Of a stretch of DNA of 64,000 nucleotides, positions 46,648 to 56,888 are shown one piece after another. Made by a program: the position numbers and the translations under genes. The stretch lies in NCBI GenBank assembly GCA_964016885.1, contig OZ024742.1:260834001-260898000 (forward strand), read 5' to 3'. Numbering within the stretch: the first letter of the stretch is position 1; each line of letters starts with the position of its first letter. Source of the DNA: Eledone cirrhosa. Lineage: Eukaryota. The notes beneath the pieces were generated by a model, which was not told where the DNA came from, made no database searches, and saw nothing but the letters and a program-made list of their open reading frames with translations.

Positions 46648-49600
46648 TGTGATGATATGAATGTTTCTGGTGTGGTGGTTCATATCACCAAAAATCTGAG
46701 TGCTCTGCAAAAAATTCAACTTGCAATTTCTGCCACAAGAAAGGCCACTGGGCAACAGAATGTTTTGTTAAAAAATAAGAAGGTACTAAAGAAGATAAAA
46801 CACACAGCAGTCTTGAATAATAACGAGGGCCCCGATAAAGCCTATGATGGCAGTAATCTTGCTGCCTGCTATAAACTTGCTTCCGTGAATCATAATACAA
46901 ACCTTTTAACAATTTATGTCAATTCACATAAAACAGAAGGTTTACTTGACACAGGCTCAGACAAGTCTTTCATTGACATGAACCTCTTGTCGAAATGGCA
47001 AAGTAAATTCAAGAAAACTAAGAATAAGAGTGTAATTTTAGCCGACAACAGTAAACTCATAATACGAGGTACGTTTGAAACAACATTAGAATGGGAGGTC
47101 CGAGAATACCACATCGATCTAATGGTGGTTGACAAACTCATTGCTCCAGTAGTTATGGGTCTTGATATACTTAAAAGGCATAAGTCTTTAACAATAAAAT
47201 ATGCGGGGGATATGAGACCAGTCACGATATGTATGTCAATGCAAACTCTGAATTGTGAAGAATATGATTTAATGCCTGGTATCAATACTACAAAATTAAA
47301 CTATTATCTATACCTCCTCGAAAATACAATAAAGATCAGCAATTCATTAAAACGGAAATCGACAGAATGCTTAAAGCTGGAATAATTCAACAGAGCAGAA
47401 GCCCATGGAGAGCGCAGTGCTTCGTAATAGATCAAGAAAACAAAAAACGTCTTGTCATAGGCTACTCAGGTACTATAAATCGTTACACACAATTAGATTC
47501 ATACCCTAATGCCATAATCGAAGGCCTACTCAAAAAAATTTCAAAACATACGTATTTCTTGAAAGTAGATCTAAAGGCGGCTTATCACCAAATACCCATC
47601 AAATCTTTCGACTTTAAGTTGACTGCATTCGAAGCCTGTGGCCGACTATACGAATTTACCCGTCTTCCGTTTGGATGCACAAATGCAGTTCCAATTTTCC
47701 AACGAATAATGGACACTTTCATAGACAATTACAACTTACAAAATACCTACTCATACCTTGATGACATTATTATAGGAGGAGACACAGTCAAAGAACATAA
47801 CCATAACCTAAAGCAATTCATGAATGCAGCTAACAATGCAGGTATGCAATTGAATCAAGACAAATGCAGCTTTAATCAAAATAGAATACATTTCCTTGGA
47901 CATGTCATAGAAAAAGGTAAATTAAGACCGGACCCTGAAAGGTATAAAGCCCTTATTGACATGCCGTTCCCAAAGACGTTAAAAGAGTTTTTAGGAGATG
48001 GTCACCATTTTAGAAGACTGCGTTGTTTTACGATTTAGAGGGGAGTTTGTTTCCCTAGCTTGGCTGCTAGAACATCTCTTCTATTTGTTGTTAGGTGTAG
48101 GTCAACAATTAAGCAAAAAGAATATACCTCGAGATTATATGTACATGAGCATTTTAATCAGAGCAATAAACAAAACAGGTTATCATATCAGTTGCTCCTT
48201 GATTGGTAATTCGTAATTATCATTAAGTGGCGGTGTTCTAATATCCCATGACCGCATGGTGCAATATCGCTGTTTCGCCACAGTGAAAAGCGTCTGGTTG
48301 CCTCAAGAGACAAAGTCGAAGAGTGTGTATTCAGCTACTGACGTCAGAACTAAGGGCAGTTAATCGACTGCCTCCAAAGTCAAAGCTAGGTGGCGTGATC
48401 TTCTACAAGTTGAACCAGGTAATCAGCCTTTTTGCATTCTATGCTAAATGGATTAAGGGCTCTTCTAGCCTCTCAGTCGTTCTTACAAAGGCAAGAAACA
48501 CCCTTGATAAACAAGGTCTATCAAACGAAGAAAAATCTACTATTAATAAGATGAAGGAAGAACTCATAAAGGCATCACTGTGTTCACCTGATTTCACTGC
48601 ACCATTTATAATCGAAACCGACACATCAGATATTGCCATTGGCGGAACTCTATCACAAAATGGTCGTCCAATTGCTTTTCTTAGTAGAACCCTAAATAAG
48701 TCTGAAAGAGGACATTCCATCATCGAAAAGGAAGCTTGCGCAATTATAGAATGTTGTAGAAAATGGAGGCATATGATCAGCGCTGTTTCACATTGTAGTA
48801 TCATAACAGACCAATGATCAGTTGCATTTGCGTTCAACAAAAAACACACTTCCAAGATTAAAAACGAGAAGGTAGCCGCTGGCGACTGGAGCTAAGCGAT
48901 CTTAATCTTACCTTCTCATATAGACCTGGTTCATTAAACCAAGCCACAGACGCCCTATTGCGCTGCTGCTCTACTAAGACAGAACACGAATTATACAATA
49001 TTCACTCACTTCTATGTCATCCGAGGGTCACCAGACTTCTACATTATTGTAAATCAATGAACTTGGCATATTCTATTAATGAAATAAGAGAGGTTATCGC
49101 CAATTGCAAAATATGCCGTGAATGTAAACCATCCAAAGGAAGATTAATACATGCCACAAGAACCTGGGAAAGACTATCAATGGACTTCGTGGGTCCCATG
49201 GCTATCTCAAACGGTTTTCGATTTATGTTAACTATAGTTGACGAGTACTCACGTTTTCCATTCGCCATTCCCTGTAAAGAGATAACAGACATAGTAATTA
49301 AACATCTATTGGAGATATTCTCTATATTTGGAAAACCCAGTTCGATTCATACAGATAGGAGACGTCAATTTGAATCACAAAAAGTCAAAGATTTCTTATG
49401 GAGTAATAACATTATAAAAAGCCACACCACGCCATATCGACCCCAAGCCAATGGCCAATGCGAAAGAGTTAACGGCACAATATGCAAAGTGATAAGTCTG
49501 GCTTTGAAGACAAATAATCTCAATAAAATGGAGTAACATGATTCCAATCGCTCTGTGGTCTATCCGAGGATTGCTTTGCACTGCTAAAAACGCCACACCA

Positions 49601-50287
49601 CATGAAAGAGTATTTTCATTCACCAGATCGACAAACAATACCAGAGTTTCTAAATAAACCGGGCACAATCGTGCTACATTGACGTCACATAAGGAATAAA
49701 GGTGATGATCTCACGAAAAACGTTCAACTCATCGAGACGATCTCATCTCACTTTGCCAAGGTACAATTTAATAGTGGAAGAATAGACACAGTCTCAACTG
49801 CAAATCTCGCACCAGCTGCATTACCACAAAACAATGGCAATTCAACATCGGAGTGTCAGAATAATAACTTCCCAAAAGGTGCCAATTTAACTCAACCAAC
49901 AGCAATATCTACACCTGTGGCCGTTGGGAACGAAAGTCTGACATCTACCGCCGATAACAATCCTACAGAGAGTGCTGAATTCAATGACGATGGATCTTCT
50001 GACACATTCTTAACCTCAAATAACACCCCAACAACAAAGAACACGCTTAGTAGTGAGGCCAATGCAATACAACGATTAACGCTAGAAGGAAAGAATGTGA
50101 TGACATGATTTGTTTTATAGCATCACTTTCTTCTTTGATTTGATTCCTTTTTATTCTTATTCGTTGTATTCGTTCTGTTCTTGTTTGTTGTATTGTTAAC
50201 CCATACTAATTTCTTCTCTTATTGACTCTTTCTATATTATTCTTAGATTGAATAAAAACCTTTGATTTGGTATAAAATAATACAACA
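46648..50287 (+). mobile_element. Decayed Ty3/Gypsy retrotransposon 4 (3' LTR 50096-50287; 5' LTR reduced to about 13 bp by deletion)
   Basis: 5-bp TSD CCTAT. Two gag knuckles (CFWCGGSYHQKSEC, CNFCHKKGHWATEC), LLDTGS, YLDD, TDTSDIAIGG, integrase HP..C..C and QANGQCER. PPT AGAAGGAAAGAA. Confidence 0.95.
47990..48407 (-). mobile_element. Solo LTR (TGTAGA...CCTAAA) inserted in the pol of Gypsy 4
   Basis: TSD AGTT at 47986 and 48408. Removing it restores the frame PKTLKELNQVISLFAFYAKWI. Confidence 0.9.
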
Positions 50288-50785
50288 CCTATCCTGGTCT
50301 TGATGGTGTTACGTACCTGTTTCTCAAACGTGGTGGGTACTTTCTTCTGCACCAGCTTTCACTCTTCTTTCAATTCTGTCTTAACAATGGTGCTACTCCG
50401 GAGCAGTGAAAAACTGCCAGTGCCAACAACAACCCTGAGCACCTTTTTGAGTTCCATGTGTCTAACACACATGGGCATGCCTATAAAATCAGAAAACAAC
50501 ACAGCTCCCATGACTCTCGGAAACATTTTTTCATGCTCAGAGTTGCTGAAGCATGGAACAAACTACTTGCATCAATTGTTAGCTGCCAAGACACTGCACC
50601 CTTTAAAACCTCCATGTTTCCTGAAATCCTTCCTCCATACTCACGTACACATGTATATCATGACTCATACACTGTTCACTTTCCTGACATTTGTACCTTA
50701 TTCTATGTACTAAACATGCACCTTTGATGAGTTGTAGTGCACCTGAGCACTGTACACAATAATTTCATTATTATTATTATTATTA

Positions 50786-50945
50786 GGTGAATTGGCAGTA
50801 TCGGTAGAGGGTCGGACATGCTTTCTAGCATAGAGTTACGCCCCTTTACGATCTGAGTTCAAATCCAGCCGAGGTTAACTTTGCCTTTCATCCATACGTA
50901 GTCGATAAAATAAAGTACCAGTAATGTGCCAAAAAGTAGAAACAA
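50786..50945 (+). mobile_element. SINE family A inserted at the CR1 (TAT)n tail
   Basis: GGTGAATTGGCAGTATCGGTAGAG...GAGTTCAAATCC...GTAGAAACA, flanked by ATT repeats. Confidence 0.9.
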
Positions 50946-50989
50946 TTATTATTATTATTATTTGTGCTTAATTGAGAATTATGAAAAAT

Positions 50990-51525
50990 TGTATCACCAC
51001 AATGTGGTTTCTTCCCTGTATGAGTATGTATGTGACCAGTTAAAATATTGTTTTTGGAAAATGTTTTACCACAGATATCACAGTGGTACGAATTCTCATG
51101 TGTGTACATACATGGCAAGTAAGTTATAATTTCTAGAAATATTTTTACAACAAATATCACAGTGATATGGTTTCTCACCTGTATGTGTACATATGTGACA
51201 AGTTAAATCAGAATTTATAGAAAATTATTTACGACATATCACAGTGGTATGATTTCTCACATATGTGATTATCTTGGTGTCTCATCAAGCCTCTATTGTT
51301 AATATACATTTTGCCACAGGTACCACAGCAAAATGGTTTCTTACCTGTAGGAGTATGTTTGTGTGATGACATTGTAATGGATTTTTTTACAATGATAAGC
51401 ATCTAAACTGATGCTTTCATGTTCTCCAAATATCCTTGCTTTAATGTCACAGATGACATTTCTTTGTGAGGAAACCTATTCTGACAGTAATTCATCAGAA
51501 ACCTGATTCTCACAGTCTCTCCACT
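50990..51525 (-). pseudogene. C2H2 zinc-finger pseudogene (start codon position reads GTG; frameshifts)
   Basis: Degenerate leader homologous to the two intact genes and about five fingers (YHCDICGKTFSKNNILTGHIHTHTGKKP). 51550-51900 is paralogous to 38490-38940. Confidence 0.85.
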
Positions 51526-52039
51526 ATGTCATTTGCTGACTGTTTTCTCTGTGAAAATCTCTGTAATTATGTCTCAACTATAAATAGATGTTTTAAATAT
51601 ATCTGAGGACAAATTTATTCTTCCAGATTTTAATTTTGTAATTAAATCTAATCAACTGAAACATGACTATATTGGCTCTAGTAGTCAAAATATATTCAAA
51701 TACAAAAGGTGTTGGTGAAGTTTTCATCATACAAAATCATCAGTTTTTTTATATTCTTTATACATTTGTTGATGTGAGAAAAATTTTCACATCAATAGTA
51801 CCAGATAATGAAATATATAGAGGCAATAGAATGTGTCAGATAATATCAGCAGAAAGTGTATTAGGGAGAAGTCACGTGACTAGAATTATTGAAATATGGT
51901 AACATGACAAAAAAAAGTAACCAATCCACCTTGTAGATGTGCTGGTACAGCAATAAAAAAAAAAAATTTTAAAACCCAGTCAACCCTGTTAGATAGTCGT
52001 TTTGGTGTCACGATAAAAAAAAACACTGTCCACACTGTA

Positions 52040-52550
52040 ATGTGGTTGGCATTAGGAAGGGCATCCAGCAATAGAAACAAAGCCTGAAACAAGTTCTGTA
52101 TGGACAAGATATGGTCACCTGACTTGATTTTTCTTATATGACAACCCGTCAAACTCATGCAAGCATGGAAAATAGACGTTAAAAGGTGATGATAATGTAT
52201 GTCATCATCATCATCATCATCATTTCATTTTACGTCCGCTTTTTTCCCTGCTTGCAAGGGTGGGACGGGAACTGATTCTGGCTTGATTTCTACAGCTGGA
52301 TGCCCTTCCTAACACCAACCTCATTTACAGTGAGTGCTGGGTGCTTTTTTTGCCGTGGCACCTCCACGACCACTTTGCAGTGGAATGATAGGGACTCCAG
52401 TCCCTATCATCTCATTTCTACAGCTGAGTAAACTGGAGCAATGTGAAATAAAGTGTCTTGCTCAAGGAAACAACACATCACCCGGTCTGAGAATTGAACT
52501 CACAACCTTTCGATTGCAAGGCCAATGCTCTAACCACTAAGCCATGTGCC
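52040..52550. mobile_element. Two SINE-B copies tail to tail (52040-52195 plus, 52202-52550 minus)
   Basis: TTAGGAAGGGCATCCAGC at about 52052 and its reverse complement at about 52295. GAT and CAT tails meet at about 52200. Confidence 0.85.
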
Positions 52551-52699
52551 TCCATGTATGGACAGTAACTCCTAATGGAGTTGTATGGCGCCATATTGAT
52601 AAGACATTTCTTGGGCATTTATTAATCTGGCAGGGCCCATCTCCTATCCAAGTATGAACATTGCAGATTTCTTCCAGAGAGTGAAAGAAAGAGATATAG

Positions 52700-54225
52700 A
52701 GGAAGAATCGACCCTAGTGGTACCAGACTGATACTTTTGTTTTATTGGCCTGGAAAGGATTCTCAGCAGAGCTGTTCTGCCAGAGAATGGATCAGAAACA
52801 GGTATTCGGATATTATTGCATCCAAATTCAGAGAACTCCCTGAGCAAATTGAGGATGCTGAAATGGGGTGGAGACTGTTCAGCTCAGCAGTTTCACTGCT
52901 GTTGTTAAATGCTGTGGGCGATAATGGCTTGGTGTTGCAGGAAGACCCCTTTGTTCAATCAACTCGTCAAAGAATGCCATCCAAGCAAAGAAGGGGGCTT
53001 ACAAAGCTTGGCTTAGAAATAAATCCTCCATCTTGCACTTGCAGTACAAGCATGCATGAAAAGTCACAGCAGAGACAGTAAAGGGGTCCAAATTTAAGAC
53101 ATGGCAGGACTTTGGAGTTATGTTGGAATCTGACATCGGGCCAGCAAATAAAGTGTTCTGACAGATCGTCCACTGACTACATAAGAAGTGCTCCTCCATA
53201 CCTGCTATTAGGAACACATCTGGGGCTCTCCTCTCTTCACAGAGATGTATGTCCTTGAGGTCGAGAGAATACTTTTCTGATTTTAATCTGGTCACAACAG
53301 CATCTTTTAATGTACAGGAGGTGGATCTGGGAGTGATGACTAATCTCTCAGAGCAGTTAAAGAGCTTAAATGTGGCAAGGCCATTGGGGAGAATGAAATT
53401 TGACCTGAGATGTTAACTTTAAATAGAGAAGATACTCTTTGGTTGATTCCAGTGTGCTGGGTGGCCTGGACGTCTGGAAAGGCACCTAAGCAATAGCAAT
53501 CACATCTTCAAAAAGGAAGACAAGAAAGATTATTCCAATTACAGAGGGATCTCCTTGATGAGCCTCCCTAGTAAAGTCTATGCTAAGTGTCTGGTAAAGA
53601 GATGTGGGGATATTGTTGAGTCCAAGTTAGCTGGCAACAGTGTGGTTATCACCCCAAATGCAGCATGGCTGACCAAATATTTACATTACGACAGGTTTTT
53701 AAGAAATCATGGGAGGATTACGAAGATGTGTATTCTTATTTCATAGGCCCCGAAAAGGCATATGACTGTGTTCCATGGGATCTGTTGTGGAAGGTTCTGC
53801 AGGAGTATGGGATTGATGGTCAGTTTCTTGTTGCCCTGATGTCTCTATATGAATGCCCTAGTATTTGTGTCTGGATAAATGACACTAAATCAAAATCATT
53901 TAATGTCGGTGTCAAGACTGGAGGGTTTAGGATCTGTCAGCTGGAATTTGCAGACAGCATGGTACTACTTAACTCATGAAAAGGTGATCTCCGACATATA
54001 CTTGAAAGGTTTCCTGCTGTGTGCTGCATGGCAGGAATAAACATCAGTGCTATGATGACTGAGACACTCATACTCTCAAGGAAGACTGCACAGTGCACTC
54101 TACATGTGAGTGGAGTTCCACTGAAGCAGGTGGAGAAGTTCAAATATCTCAGGACCGTTTTTATAAATGACAGAAGTTAGGAGGCTGAATTAAGTGCAAG
54201 AATTGCAAGAGCTGGTGCAATAATT
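52700..54225 (+). mobile_element. Decayed RTE-clade LINE fragment
   Basis: NYRGISLMSLPSKVYAK, DQIFTLRQV, EKAYDCVP, LEFADS and QVEKFKYL, with stops and deletions. Confidence 0.85.
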
Positions 54226-54299
54226 GAAATATTTGAAGAATGGAAGTATTTTTCAATTAATCTCATCTTCACATTTTACAATTTCCTTTATGTTTCAAT

Positions 54300-56841
54300 T
54301 TTAGCAGCATAGTATATTAATGTAATTGGGACACGAGTAACATAATAATGATGTCAACAGCAGAAATTAGAGATGAAATGTATGTTTATTTTTGTTGTAG
54401 CACAAATAATGTTTGTTAATTTGTATGGTTGAAGTTACACATAAAATGAGGTTACAAAAGGGAATGTGCCATTGTGCCAGGCCCAAGGAAGGCTGGCAGG
54501 CCAAAGTACAAAATCTCACCATTACATGTTGTACGTGTTGCTCCTTCGAAGTTCAGGATGCGAGAGGCTGATTCTTCAAATCAACGCAGGAATTTTTCCC
54601 TCAGGGCGCATAGAGATACATTCTCTTCTACTGGCGCTGATTGGCTGAGCTGAGCCAAATCACGCACAGAGAATGTATGTGAGCCCGCGGAATGTAGGTC
54701 ACTACAATACTCTCCCTCTTGACGTAAGACGATACAGATTATTGAATTAGCAGGAAAAAATGCTGAAAGAGCACATCAGTGAAAAAAAATAATTGAACAA
54801 AGAATGCATGCAAGAAAAAAATGAGGCGCTAAGGGCCGTGTTGAGCCGCTGTGTCAAATGACTAGCTGTTTTGTAGTTTATACGTGACCACCAAAGGTCT
54901 AACAGAAAACGGATAAAGTCTGACATGGGCGAAGTTGCTGTTCTTGCATTAAATGTTAATGGTAAGTGTTGTACCAGTAGCTGTGGATGAAGCTATTATG
55001 GTAGTTTACCAGTGCTGGCAAGAAGATGATGGGTAGGCGAGAAAATGTTGGCCTCCCAGATGTATTGCCGAAAGTGCTAGGCAGCCAGGAAAAAATGGCT
55101 GGTTGCTTTGAAAAGAAAAAAGCAAGTTGAATCTGTAGGTGGGTAGTAGTTGCAGTGTAAATTCCATAATTCCGGCGAATCCACAGAAGTGGTAGAAATG
55201 CTGACAGGTCCAGTTCCATTTGTTGTTTTCCCAGTGAGTCGGGTAAGGTAACAAGATGGAGGTTGTTATGGGCAATGAGTGTGCAATGAGATGCGAAGCT
55301 GTTTGAATCCAGCTGCAATTAGCAGTTCTCGTGTTGCGGTGCCTGTTTGAATCCAGGTGAATTAAGCTCTATGAGTCACTAGCATGTGTTGGCATCTCAA
55401 CCAGGTGAAAAGGGATCTTGCAGAATATTACGTTTGAAGAACATATACTAAGAACAACATGTTGGTGTGTGTCAAAGAAATGTGTGTGCATATGCAGGCA
55501 TGTAATACAGCAAAGAATGTGTGGGTGCAGTCATATATACAATGATAAAAAAAAATGAATTTTCATATAATACAGTTTTAAAAAAATAAATGTCCAAACA
55601 TTGCCTGAAAAAAAAAAGGAAGAAAGAAAGAATTGTTTCTTTTCTTTTAACAAAAAGTTCGCCTTTTCTTTTCTTTGGGAAGCTAGTAGAATTTTTTTGT
55701 TGTTGTTGCTATCGAAGTGAAGTCGAGCGTTGAAGAGCCGTAAGTCACCACGTGAGTTCGGTGTTTGCTTGTTTGTATTGCAGGAAGCCGTACCGAAAGA
55801 AAAATGTTTCCGTGCCATAATTTTGAAAATACAGCTAATTTTTTCTTTCAAAGATGTTGTCGCAGGCGGGTTCATTAAAGTTAAACCACGTGTTGATCTT
55901 CTTAAAAAAAAACTACTTCGATTTTTTTTTCTTAACGGTAGAGGCGATAGAAGAGGTGAAAGCGTAGAAGTAAACAATATGATGTGTGGTGGTTTGCGTC
56001 GGTAAAGGCTATGAAGCTGCCACTTCGCTATTCCCTGTTGTTGGTTAGTAGTTAATCATGTGTTGTTGCTGCTGGTGTATTTGGTAGTGGTGATAGCCAT
56101 GTGTTGCTGCTGATGGCTGGTAGTAGAGAAGTACTTGGTGGTAGCCATTTTGAAATTTCCTTGTGGCGAAAATTTTTTAAAATACTGCTAATTTTTTTAA
56201 TTTTAAAAGGAATATTTTGAACTGAAAATATTCATCACGTCGGGGTCACCATTTTTAGCAGCATAGTATAATAATGTAATTGGGACACGAGTAACATAAT
56301 AATGATGTCAACAGCAGAAATTAGAGATGAAATGTATGTTTATTTTTGTTGTAGCACAAATAATTGTTTCTACTTTAGGCACAAGGCCAGCAATTACCCA
56401 GTGCATTACTGGTATTTTATTTTATCGACCCCGTAAGGATGAAAGGCAAAGTCAACCTCGGTGGGATTTGAACTCAGATCGTAAAGGGACGTAACTATGC
56501 TGGAAAGCATGGCGTCCGACCCTCTACTGATACTGCCAATCCAGCACAAATAATGTTTGTTAATTTGTATGGTTGAAGTTACACATAAAATTAGGTTACA
56601 AAAGGAAAGTGCCAGGCCCAAGGAAGGCTGGCAGGCCAAAGTGCAAAATCTCACCATTACATGTTGTACGTGTTGCTCCTTCGAAGTTCAGGATGCGAGA
56701 GGCTGATTCTTCAAATCAACGCGGGAATTTTTCCCTCAGGGCGCGTAGAGATACATTCTCTTCTTCTGGCATTGATTGGCTGAGCAGAGCCAAATCACGC
56801 ACAGAGAATGTATGTGAGCCCACGGAATGTAGGTCACTACA
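54300..56841 (-). mobile_element. Non-autonomous LTR retroelement (3' LTR 54300-54706, 5' LTR 56254-56841, non-coding internal region of 1.55 kb)
   Basis: TSD CAAT. Perfect 18-nt tRNA-Trp PBS TGGTGACCCCGACGTGAT (56234-56251). PPT AAGAGGGAGAG next to the 3' LTR. Both LTRs run TGTAGT...GCTAAA. Confidence 0.95.
56365..56542 (-). mobile_element. SINE family A inserted in an LTR
   Basis: 12-bp TSD AGCACAAATAAT. The empty site is visible in the sister LTR at about 54399. Confidence 0.93.
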
Positions 56842-56888
56842 CAATAATGAAAGAATTTAAAGTATTTGTTGTGTTTTCTTCTTATTTG

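Larger units (their letters stand above)
46587..50785 (+). mobile_element. Internally deleted CR1 fragment (46587-46647 and 50288-50785) split by a Gypsy
   Basis: ATGGAATTTATACCTGCAATGCTGCGAC and TTGATGGTGTTACGTACCTG match adjacent segments of the CR1 at 25087-25160. The 3' UTR and (TAT)n tail are present. Confidence 0.85.

Noticed and set aside
46444-47385. 313-aa ORF with a poly-His run as a novel gene
   Set aside because: It is a chance fusion of a SINE (CAT)n tail, a CR1 fragment, out-of-frame gag and the Gypsy protease.
55531-56005. ORFs in the interiors of the non-coding LTR elements (also 268-498 and 20829-21871)
   Set aside because: They are K/F-rich translations of A and T tracts with no domain motifs.
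56234-56251. Exact tRNA-Trp 3' end including CCA, as a tRNA gene
   Set aside because: Only 18 nt match and they abut an LTR, so this is a primer-binding site.
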